Assembly: GCA_002269645.1 (NCBI GenBank)
Contig: NIVC01000482.1
Location: 255,909-319,908 of the forward strand
Origin: Macrostomum lignano
Taxonomy: Eukaryota
DNA: 64,000 nt
Reading direction: 5' to 3'
Shown: positions 53,134-64,000 of the stretch, one piece after another
Layout of the letters: each line of letters opens with the position of its first letter
How positions within the stretch are numbered: position 1 is the first letter of the stretch
Made by a program: the position numbers and the translations under genes
The notes under the pieces: model-generated
Databases searched by the model: none
What the model was told of the DNA's origin: nothing
What the model saw: the letters and a program-made list of their open reading frames with translations, nothing else

Positions 53134-53754
53134 GGTCTGCGGTCATTTCGTCTTCCGCCTTTTCGTCTGCCAAAGAATTTTAGCAGACGAAACGACTTTT
53201 TTATTTATGTTTATTTTGGTTCACTTATTTAGTATTTTTTATGTAGGGAATTAAAATAAATTAGTATAAGCAAGTTTTAAGTATGTTTTCTTATTTATAT
53301 TGATACATTTTGTTTTTCTTCATTTTCTACGAAACCTAACTAACCTATATAATACTTTCGACGCATCGATGCGTGTGTGCCTACAATTTCGATTGCTCCT
53401 TACATTTTAAACTTTGTGCATTTAAGCTAGTTGTATTCGTGAATAAATTGCATATGAGTTTACATACACGAAAAAAAGAAAGTTGGAAGGAAACTAAACG
53501 GTTGGAGATATTTGCTTCTGGCTTTGTGTATTTATATGCAACAAATTAGCTCCGGAACTTTCAGAAAAATCCTAGCATTATAATAAATTACAATTAATAA
53601 GACATTTACATTACACTTCCATACGAAGCTTGATGACATAATTAGTTATTCCGATTTATATATTATATATATTGGCAGACGAAACGACTTTATCGTATAT
53701 TGGCAGACGAAAAGGCGGCAGACGAAAAGGCGGCAGACGAAATGACCGTCAACC
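53134..53754. mobile_element. MITE with GG...CC termini (Merlin/MULE-like)
   Basis: TIRs GGTCTGCGGTCATTTCGTCT.CCGCCTTTTCGTCTGCCA / TGGCAGACGAAAAGGCGGCAGACGAAATGACCGTCAACC; perfect 8-bp TSD AATATAAA. Superfamily call is inference. Confidence 0.8.
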
Positions 53755-54861
53755 AATATAAATTATACTATGGGGCCTTTTTTATTAAAATTCTTTGTAT
53801 ATTCTATTTATTTGAAATCTCATTCAGATATATTATTCCTTAGTATTTATAGGCTAAATATAAACTATTTATACTTGTTTTGTTTTAGACTATGTATATT
53901 TATATTGTGTTATATATGCAAGTGTTGCAAGTGTATAGGCTTATAGCTATGTTATTTTCAACCTAGTCTTAGTATAATATTGTATTACAACTCTATTGGC
54001 TTTTATAATTGTTGTATAGGCCTACTATTGCACTTTGCAATACTAGGCATACTTATATAATTTTTGAATCATACTCGAAGTATGCAAGTGAAAAAACCTA
54101 GTTTCAAAAGTATGGCATAGGCCTATAGCATAGTCAAATAAATTGCTATTTAGCTTAGCTAAATCTTATTTAAAAGTATAAACAAAATGATTTCTATAAA
54201 TGAAAATAAGTTTAATTGAATAAGTCCACATTTAATCTGCTTATTAGCCGTGTATAGCTTGTATTAATATGATTTGAATAGTTCTAATATAGGTATAAAC
54301 TTGTTTGTATTGTATGCAAATGGCTATTATACTTTTAAATACTCGTATTTTAACATTCTAAATATATATTTATATAATTGAGGAAGTGTGGCTTGGCTAA
54401 CAAATAATAGGAAAATAAGCGTCAACAAAAACATAAAATAAAATTTTTCTTTTTAGCCAATGCGTTTTGTCAAACACAAGACATTGTCAAGGCAAATTCA
54501 ACTAACCTTAATTTTCAGCACTAATATATTTAAGCAAAACAAACTGTACAGTCCAAAGGCGGGTCAAAACAGTCTAGTAGAATTTAGTCTAGAATCTAGT
54601 AGAAGTACATAACAAAGGAACAGAGAGAGAAAAATAGGCATGGCTCTGCTCATAGTACTCTTAGCTCATGCTCTACCCCATTGCTAGCAAGCTGTACATT
54701 TAAGTTGGGTTTCTGCATTCTGATATAAGAAGCTTCAATAATCTTAAGCTTATGGTCAAATTTGCACCCATCCATTATATAATTGAATTTATGATAAACT
54801 TTGCCCATAAGGCTTCTATACTTGGAGTCTTATAAAGCAGAATTGAAGCCAGACTGCAGCA

Positions 54862-55081
54862 ATGCAGCTGTTGGAGTTGCCATTGTCATTGGCATTTCTG
54901 CTACTTATAATTAACCATCAATGTTCTGGTGATACTTCTATTCGTTTAATACAGATTTGTCAGGGCAAGTCTGACAGGACAAACAGATTCAATATAACTG
55001 CTAACAGCTCTGAAAAGATTACTTTTACATTAAGTGGTTATGAATCATTGACTCAATGCATTCTGCGAGTCAGGGCTAGTG
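54862..55081 (+). CDS. Probable first exon of a secreted protein (signal peptide); downstream exons not resolved
   Basis: ATG in GCAATGC, hydrophobic LPLSLAFLLLII..QCSG, strong donor G|GTGAGT at 55081/55082 (phase 1). Confidence 0.5.
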
Positions 55082-55184
55082 GTGAGTGTTAGTTTTTGTT
55101 TCATTTGAACTTGTTACTAGCTTGCAGATCACATATTTGAGACAACGGCCAGGACACTTCAGACAAAGACTAGGACTAATGTCT

Positions 55185-55474
55185 GCCTTAGCGTGTCTTA
55201 CTGTTTTTCTCAGTGTGTCCTGATGTCTGTCCCAGTGTGTCCTAATCTTTGTCTTAGTGTGTCCTAATGTCTGTCAGTGTTTCCTAATGTCTGTGTCAGT
55301 GTGTCTTAATGTCTGTCTCAGTGTGTCCTAATGTCTGTGTCAGTGTGTCTTAATGTCTGTCTCAGTGTGTCCTAATATCTGTGTCAGTGTGTCTTAATGT
55401 CTGTGTCAGTGTGTCTTAATGTCTGTCTCATTGTGTCCTAATGTCTGTCCCAGTATGTCTTAATGTTTGTCTCA
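55185..55474 (+). repeat. 22-bp minisatellite (GTGTGTCTTAATGTCTGTCTCA), Helitron target array
   Basis: Tandem units; a second block lies at 61196-61503. Confidence 0.9.
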
Positions 55475-56254
55475 TCACAATATACTAAATCTCTAAGATC
55501 TGACCGGTATTTCAGTCTACAGCCTGAATGCCTGAACCGATTTTCTTCAAACTTGCTTTATTCAACTCAAAATTCTTGTGAGATTGTGTGGTTGTAATTG
55601 CATTGAAAAATTCGAATGGGAAGATGATTAAAAATTCAAAAAATCCAATATACTAAAAATGAAAATCTTGCTTGCTTGTAATCGATTAGAGAAAAAATGG
55701 CTGGACCGATTTTGTTCGAACTTGCACTGTTCGATCAGAAATTTTCCCGTGACTGTACATGCATCGTGGCTAAGAAATTGCTCGATGCTAAAGGCATTAA
55801 ATATTCGAAAAACATGCTTTTTTGCAAAGGTCAAGCAAACTTTTCGACTTGAAATGCATTGTAAGAATGCTAGAGAAAAAACTGACTGGTTGAATTCTGA
55901 TTCTGAAATAGATTGCATCATAACTGAATTGTACCTCCGACTTGAATTGAAAATACAGTGTGGAAGCGTAGCACCAGACTTGATTTAAATTGCGTAACCA
56001 TATTGTTAACTGATACTGACTGACTGAGAAACTGATTATGTCATAACTGCTTCGTGTGATTTACTCTATGCTTGGATTTTAAAGTGTTGAATTATATAAG
56101 TGCAAAATTTGATGTTATCAAAACGATGAGAGCTAGCCTAGAGGTGAACAAACTGAACTGCCAAATGCAGCGACGATGGTTCGAATTTTCATAGAGTACA
56201 ATTTTTTTAATTAAAGCTTTTCAACGTCAGGAAAACTAAAAGACTTTTTAAAAA

Positions 56255-59200
56255 GAAGCATCATGTAAAAAATCATAGAAGCGTCATATAAAAATCATAG
56301 AAGCGTCATGTAAAAAATCATAGAAGTGTCATGTAAACAATCATAGAAGCGTCATGTAAAAAATCATAGAAGCGTCATGTAAAAAATCATAGAAGCGTCA
56401 TGTAAACAATCATAGAAGCGTCATGTAAACAATCATAGAAGCGTCATTTAAAAAATCATAGAAGCGCCATGTAAAAAATCGTAGAAGCGTTATATAAAAA
56501 TCATAAAAGCGTCATTTTTAAAAAATCATAGAAGCGTTGTGTAAACAGTCATAGAAGCGTCATGTAAACAATCATAGAAGCGTCATTTTTAAAAAATCAT
56601 AGAAGCGTCATGTAAACAATCATAGAAGCGTCATGTAAACAATCATAGAAGCGTCATGTAAACAATCATAGAAGCGTCATGTAAACAATCATAGAAGCGT
56701 CATGTAAACAATCATAGAAGCGTCATGTAAACAATCCTAGAAGCGTCATGTAAACAATCATAGAAACGTAATGTAAACAATCATAGAAGCGTCACGAAAC
56801 AATCATAGAAGCGTCATGTAAACAACCATAGAAGCGTCATGTAAAAATCATAGAAGCGTCATGTAAAAATCATAGAAGCGTCATGAAGCAATCATAGAAG
56901 CGTCATGTAAAAATCATAAAAGCGTCATGTAAACAATCATAGAAGCGTCATGTAAACAATCATAGAAGCGTCATGTAAACAATCATAGAAGCGTCATGTA
57001 AACAATCCTAGAAGCGTCATGTAAACAATCATAGAAGCGTCATGTAAACAATCATAGAAGCGTCATGTAAACAATCATAGAAACGTAATGTAAACAATCA
57101 TAGAAGCGTCACGAAACAATCATAGAAGCGTCATGTAAACAATCATAGAAGCGTCATGTAAACAATCATAAAAGCGTCATGTAAACAATCATAGAAGCGT
57201 CATGAAGCAATCATAGAAGCGTCATGTAAAAATCATAAAAGCGTCATGTAAACAATCATAGAAGCGTCATGTAAACAATCATAGAAGCGTCATGTAAAAA
57301 TCATAGAAGCGTCATGTAAACAATCATAGAAGCGTCATGTAAACAATCATAGAAGCGTCATGTAAAAAATCGTAGAAGCGTCATTTTTAAAAAATCATAA
57401 AAGCGTCATGTAAACAATCATAAAAGCGTCATGTAAACAATCATAGAAGCGTCATGTAAACAATCATAGAAGCGTCATGTAAACAATCATAGAAGCGTCA
57501 TGTAAACAATCATAGAAGCGTCATGTAAACAATCATAGAAGCGTCATGTAAACAATCATAGAAGCGTCATGAAAAAATCATAGAAGCGTCATATAAAAAT
57601 CATAGAAGCGTCATGTAAAAAATCATAGAAGCGTCATGTAAACAATCATAGAAGCGTCATGTAAACAATCATAGAAGCGTCATGTAAACAATCATAGAAG
57701 CGTCATGTAAACAATCATACAAGCGCCATGTAAAAAATCATAAAAGCGTCATGTAAACAATCATAGAAGCGTCATGTAAAAAATCGTAGAAGCGTCATGT
57801 AAAAAATCTTAGAAGCGTCATGTAAACAATCATAGAAGCGTCATGTAAACAATCATAGAAGCGTCATGTAAAAAATCTTAGAAGCGTCATGTAAACAATC
57901 ATAGAAGCGTCATGTAAACAATCATAGAAGCGTCATGTAAAAAATCATAGAAGCGTACTGTAAACAATCATAGAAGCGTCATGTAAACAATCATAGAAGC
58001 GTCATGTAAACAATCATAGAAGCGTCATGTAAACAATCATAGTAGCGTCATTTAAAAAATCATAGAAGCGCCATGTAAAAAATCGTAGAAGCGTTATATA
58101 AAAATCATAAAAGCGTCATTTTTAAAAAATCATAGAAGCGTTGTGTAAACAGTCATAGAAGCGTCATGTAAAAAATCATAGAAGCGTCATGTAAAAAATC
58201 ATAGAAGCGTCATGTAAAAAATCATAGAAGCGTCATGTAAAAATCATAGAAGCGTCATGTAAAAAATCGTAGAAGCGTCATGTAAAAAATCTTAGAAGCG
58301 TTATGTAAACAATCATAGAAGCGTCATGTAAACAATCATAGAAGCGTCATGTAAAAAATCGTAGAAGCGTCATGTAAAAAATCTTAGAAGCGTCATGTAA
58401 ACAATCATAGAAGCGTCATGTAAACAATCATAGAAGCGTCATGTAAAAAATCGTAGAAGCGTCATGTAAAAAATCTTAGAAGCGTCATGTAAACAATCAT
58501 AGAAGCGTCATGTAAACAATCATAGAAGCGTCATGTAAACAATCATAGAAGCGTCATGTAAACAATCATAGAAGCGTCATGTAAACAATCATAGAAGCGT
58601 CATGTAAACAATCATAGAAGCGTCATGAAAAAATCATAGAAGCGTCATATAAAAATCATAGAAGCGTCATGTAAAAAATCATAGAAGCGTCATGTAAACA
58701 ATCATAGAAGCGTCATGTAAACAATCATAGAAGCGTCATGTAAACAATCATAGAAGCGTCATGTAAACAATCATACAAGCGCCATGTAAAAAATCATAAA
58801 GCGTCATGTAAACAATCATAAAAGCGTCATGTAAAAAATCGTAGAAGCGTCATGTAAAAAATCTTAGAAGCGTCATGTAAAAAATCATAGAAGCGTCATG
58901 TAAAATTCATAGAAGCGTCATGTAAAAAATCTTAGAAGCGTCATGTAAAAAATCTTAGAAGCGTCATGTAAACAATCATAGAAGCGTCATGTAAACAATC
59001 ATAGAAGCGTCATGTAAAAAATCGTAGAAGCGTCATGTAAAAATCTTAGAAGCGTCATGTAAACAATCATAGAAGCGTCATGTAAACAATCATAGAAGCG
59101 TCATGTAAAAAATCGTAGAAGCGTCATGTAAAAAATCTTAGAAGCGTCATGTAAACAATCATAGAAGCGTCATGTAAACAATCATAGAAGCGTCATGTAA

Positions 59201-60020
59201 ACAATCATAGAAGCGTCATGTAAAAAATCTTAGAAGCGTCATGTAAAAATCTTAGAAGCGTCATGTAAAAAATCATAAAAGCGTCATGTAAACAATCATA
59301 GAAGCGTCATGTAAAAAATCTTAGAAGCGTCATGTAAACAATCATAGAAGCGTCATGTAAACAATCATAGAAGCGTCATGTAAACAATCATAGAAGCGTC
59401 ATGTAAAAAATCGTAGAGGCGTCATGTAAACAATCATAGAAGCGTCATGTAAACAATCATAGAAGCGTCATGCAAACAATCATAGAAGCGTCATGTAAAA
59501 AATCATAGAAGCGTCATGTAAAAAATCATAGAAGCGTCATGTAAACAATCATAGAAGCGTCATGTAAACAATCATAGAAGCGTCATGTAAACAATCATAG
59601 AAGTGTCATGTAAAAAATCATAGAAACGTCATATAAAAATCATAGAAGCGTCATGTAAACAATCATAGAAGCGTCATGTAAACAATCATAGAAGCGTCAT
59701 GTAAACAATCATAGAAGCGTCATGTAAACAATCATAGAAGCGTCATGTAAAAATCATAGAAGCGTCAAGAAAAAATCATAGAAGCGTACTGTAAACAATC
59801 ATAGAAGCGTCATGTAAACAATCATAGAAGCGTCATGTAAGCAATCATAGAAACGTCATATAAAAATCATAGAAGCGTCGTGTAAACAATCATAGAAGCG
59901 TCATGTAAAAAATCATAGAAGCGTCATGTAAAAATCATAGAAGCGTCAAGAAAAAATCATAGAAGCCTCATTTAAAAATCATAGAAGCGTCATGTAAACA
60001 ATCATAGAAGCGTCATGTAA
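56255..60020 (+). repeat. 23-bp satellite (GAAGCGTCATGTAAACAATCATA), roughly 160 copies
   Basis: Seen directly. Confidence 0.97.
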
Positions 60021-60915
60021 AAAACTAATGAAAGTGTCATTTAAAAAATTAGGAAGCGTCACAGTAGAATAAAAGAAACGTCATGTCAGACATGAAGGGT
60101 TCATGTAAAAATTAAATGCAACTACAATGCTGTGCTGGGGAGAAAAACTGAGACGTCAAGGCTCTCAGAGAATAACTGAGATTACGGGGGGGGGTTTCTG
60201 AGATGTCAAAGCAAAAGTCAGAAGCTACTTCAAAGTTCATGTACTTTACTCCATTTTTTTATTGCATTCTTTGTTGGCTTGTCACGGGGGGGGGCGCTGA
60301 TAGAAGAAAAGTCATGTAAAAAATAAAAGTAGCACTATGTATACATAAAAGAAAAGTCATGTCGAAGTTAAAAGATTCATTTGGGAATTGCTACGATGTC
60401 AAAGCTTGGTGGAAATCGTTATAGTGCTGTGATTCTTAAAGAAAGAATCACTAAAATGTTAAGGCTTAGGGGAGAAGAATTGCTGAGATTTCAAGGCTTT
60501 AGGTTGGGTTAAAGTTAGGTTTAGGTCAGGTATGGGTTGAGGGTTATATTTTATCGGGTTTCAAGGTTAACAGGGGATTTTTTAGATTTCAAGGTTTATG
60601 GGGGCCATTGCTGACATGTCAAGGCTTACGGGGGAATAGCTGAGATGTCAAGGCTCACGGGGTATAAATGAGATTTCAAGGCTAAAGTCAGAAGCTACAT
60701 GTAGTTTATTGAAAACTTTTTATTACATTATTTGATGCCTCCTCAGGGGAGGGATCGCTGATAAAAAAGCGTAATGTAAAAAATAAAAGAAGCTTCATGT
60801 CGAAGTTAAGAGATTCATTTGGAATCCCTACGATGTTGAGGCTTGCAAGGAATCGCTATAATGCTGTAGTAGTGCTATAATGACTCTTAGGGAGAATTAC
60901 TGAAATTTCAATGCT

Positions 60916-60971
60916 TTAGGGTTAGGTTAGGGTTAGGGTTAGGGTTAGGGTTAGGCTAGGGTTAGGGTTAG
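60916..60971 (+). repeat. Interstitial telomeric (TTAGGG)n tract
   Basis: TTAGGG TTAGG TTAGGG x4 TTAGG CTAGGG TTAGGG TTAG. Confidence 0.9.
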
Positions 60972-61195
60972 AAGGTTGACAGATATTTTTAGATTTCCAA
61001 GGCTTATTGGGGGCATTGCTGAGATGTCAAGGGGGGAAGTTGATATGTTAAAGCTTGTGGGGGGATAACTGACATGTCAAGGCTTACAAGGTTTGACAGG
61101 AGATTTTTTTAAGATTTCAAGGATACATGTAGCTTATTAAAAAAAACGTGTATTGCATTTCTTTGGCTCCCCAACGGGGGGGCGTAGATTGCTAG

Positions 61196-61503
61196 TCGTG
61201 TCCTAAATGTCTGCGTCAGTGTGTCCTAATGTCTGTGTCAGTGTGTCTTAATGTCTGTCTCAGTGTGTCCTAATATCTGTGTCAGTGTGTCTTAATGTCT
61301 GTCTCAGTGTGTCCTAATGTCTGTCCAGTGTGTTCTAATGTCTGTCTCAGTGTGTCCTAATGTCTGTGTCAGTGTGTCTTAATGTCTGTCTCAGTGTGTC
61401 CTAATATCTGTGTCAGTGTGTCTTAATGTCTGTGTCAGTGTGTCTTAATGTCTGTCTCATTGTGTCCTAATGTCTGTCCCAGTATGTCTTAATGTTTGTC
61501 TCA
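61196..61503 (+). repeat. Second block of the 22-bp minisatellite
   Basis: Ends in the same variant units as the block before 55475. Confidence 0.9.
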
Positions 61504-64000
61504 TCACAATATACTAAATCTCTAAGATCTGACCGGTATTTCAGTCTACAGCCTGAATGCCTGAACCGATTTTCTTCAAACTTGCTTTATTCAACTCAAA
61601 ATTCTTGTGAGATTGTGTGGTTGTAATTGCATTGAAAAATTCGAATGGGAAGATGATTAAAAATTCAAAAAATCCATCCAATATACTAAAAATGAAAATC
61701 TTGCTTGCTTGTAATCGATTAGAGAAAAAATGGCTGGACCGATTTTGTTCGAACTTGCACTGTTCGATCAGAAATTTTCCCGTGACTGTACATGCATCGT
61801 GGCTAAGAAATTGCTCGATGCTAAAGGCATTAAATATTCGAAAAACATGCTTTTTTGCAAAGGTCAAGCAAACTTTTCGACTTGAAATGCATTGTAAGAA
61901 TGCTAGAGAAAAAACTGACTGGTTGAATTCTGATTCTGAAATAGATTGCATCATAACTGAATTGTACCTCCGACTTGAATTGAAAATACAGTGTGGAAGC
62001 GTAGCACCAGACTTGATTTAAATTGCGTAACCATATTGTTAACTGATACTGACTGACTGAGAAACTGATTATGTCATAACTGCTTCGTGTGATTTACTCT
62101 ATGCTTGGATTTTAAAGTGTTGAATTATATAAGTGCAAAATTTGATGTTATCAAAACGATGAGAGCTAGCCTAGAGGTGAACAAACTGAACTGCCAAATG
62201 CAGCGACGATGGTTCGAATTTTCATAGAGTACAATTTTTTTAATTAAAGCTTTTCAACGTCAGGAAAACTAAAAGACTTTTTAAAAAGAAGCATCATGTA
62301 AAAAATCATAGAAGCGTCATATAAAAATCATAGAAGCGTCATGTAAAAAATCATAGAAGTGTCATGTAAAACAATCATAGAAGCGTCATGTAAAAAATCA
62401 TAGAAGCGTCATGTAAAAAATCATAGAAGCGTCATGTAAACAATCATAGAAGCGTCATGTAAACAATCATAGAAGCGTCATTTAAAAAAATCATAGAAGC
62501 GCCATGTAAAAAATCGTAGAAGCGTTCATAAAAATCATAGAAGCGTCATTTTTAAAAAATCATAGAAGCGTTGTGTAAACAGTCATAGAAGCGTCATGTA
62601 AACAATCATAGAAGCGTCATTTTAAAAATCATAGAAGCGTCATGTAAACAATCATAGAAGCGTCATGTAAACAATCATAGAAGCGTCATGTAAACAATCA
62701 TAGAAGCGTCATGTAAACAATCATAGAAGCGTCATGTAAACAATCATAGAAGCGTCATGTAAACAATCTAGAAGCGTCATGTAAACAATCATAGAAACGT
62801 AATGTAAACAATCATAGAAGCGTCACGAAACAATCATAGAAGCGTCATGTAAACAACCATAGAAGCGTCATGTAAAAATCATAGAAGCGTCATGTAAAAA
62901 TCATAGAAGCGTCATGAAGCAATCATAGAAGCGTCATGTAAAAATCATAAAAGCGTCATGTAAACAATCATAGAAGCGTCATGTAAACAATCATAGAAGC
63001 GTCATGTAAACAATCATAGAAGCGTCATGTAAACAATCCTATGAAGCGTCATGTAAACAATCATAGAAGCGTCATGTAAACAATCATAGAAGCGTCATGT
63101 AAACAATCATAGAAACGTAATGTAAACAATCATAGAAGCGTCACGAAACAATCATAGAAGCGTCATGTAAACAATCATAGAAGCGTCATGTAAACAATCA
63201 TAAAAGCGTCATGTAAACAATCATAGAAGCGTCATGAAGCAATCATAGAAGCGTCATGTAAAAATCATAAAGTCGTAACAATCATAGAAGCGTCATGTAA
63301 ACATCATAGCGTCATGTTAAAAATAAAAGCGTCATGTAAACAATCATAGAAGCGTCATGTAAACAATCATAGAAGCGTCATGTAAAAATCGTAGAAGCGT
63401 CATTTTTAAAAAATCATAAAAGCGTCATGTAAACAATCATAAAAGCGTCATGTAAACAATCATAGAAGCGTCATGTAAAAAATGGTAGAAGCGTCATGTA
63501 AACAATCATAGAAGCGTCATGTAAACAATCATAGAAGCGTCATGTAAACAATCATAGAAGCGTCATGTAAACAATCATAGAAGCGTCATGAAAAATCATA
63601 GAAGCGTCATATAAAAATCATAGAAGCGTCATGTAAAAAATCATAGAAGCGTCATGTAAACAATCATAGAAGCGTCATGTAAACAATCATAGAAGCGTCA
63701 TGTAAAACAATCATAGAAGCGTCATGTAAACAATCATACAAGCGCCATGTAAAAAATCATAAAGCGTCATGTAAACAATCATAAAAGCGTCATGTAAAAA
63801 AATCGTAAGAAGCGTCATGTAAAAAATCTTAGAAGCGTCATGTAAACAATCATAGAAGCGTCATGTAAACAATCATAGAAGCGTCATGTAAAAAATCGTA
63901 GAAGCGTCATGTAAAAAATCTTAGAAGCGTCATGTAAACAATCATAGAAGCGTCATGTAAACAATCATAGAAGCGTCATGTAAAAAATCTTAGAAGCGTC
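61504..64000 (+). mobile_element. Helitron-like composite element, copy 3 (runs off window); 23-bp satellite from about 62290
   Basis: Near-identical to 55475 onward at an offset of about 6029-6033 bp, including the order of satellite variants, with scattered indels. Confidence 0.7.

Larger units (their letters stand above)
55475..61195 (+). mobile_element. Non-autonomous Helitron-like composite element, copy 2 (about 5.7 kb)
   Basis: Starts TC after A (GTCTCA|TCACAATATACTAAA) and ends hairpin CCCC-AAC-GGGG + CTAG|T, with no TSD. The flanks rejoin the 22-bp satellite unit GTCTCA^T.GTGTCCTAA. Confidence 0.7.

Noticed and set aside
55628-55988. ORFs in the unique part of the Helitron-like element (also 61541-62021)
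   Set aside because: Short, no Rep or helicase motifs, and the copy at 1-207 has a stop (TAA at about 151) in the corresponding plus-strand frame.

Overview
Eukaryotic, repeat-rich invertebrate genomic DNA. The compact GT-AG genes, an innexin, TTAGGG tracts and a different minisatellite in most long introns resemble the flatworm Macrostomum (inference, not verified). Genes that can be assembled from the sequence: a small secreted WSC-domain protein (minus strand, 3 exons), TSEN34, MBD2/3, a DUSP12-like phosphatase, a CK1/TTBK-like pseudokinase, a putative FABP/lipocalin-like protein, an innexin, PRP4 kinase (PRPF4B, minus strand, 3 exons) and the first exon of a secreted protein. Mobile DNA: a 5'-truncated LINE with a (TAC)n tail plus a relic of the same family, a BEL/Pao integrase fragment, a tRNA-derived SINE, and several MITE families with 8-bp target-site duplications. 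A satellite-laden Helitron-like element occurs three times (1-1412, 55475-61195, 61504 to window end). Most notable: TSEN34 has no in-frame ATG in its apparent first exon and may use a spliced-leader AUG; the DUSP12-like gene could splice in frame into the BEL integrase; the Helitron-like element carries about 3.8 kb of 23-bp satellite, telomeric repeats and serial 3' ends; and the MBD has changed methyl-CpG contact residues.
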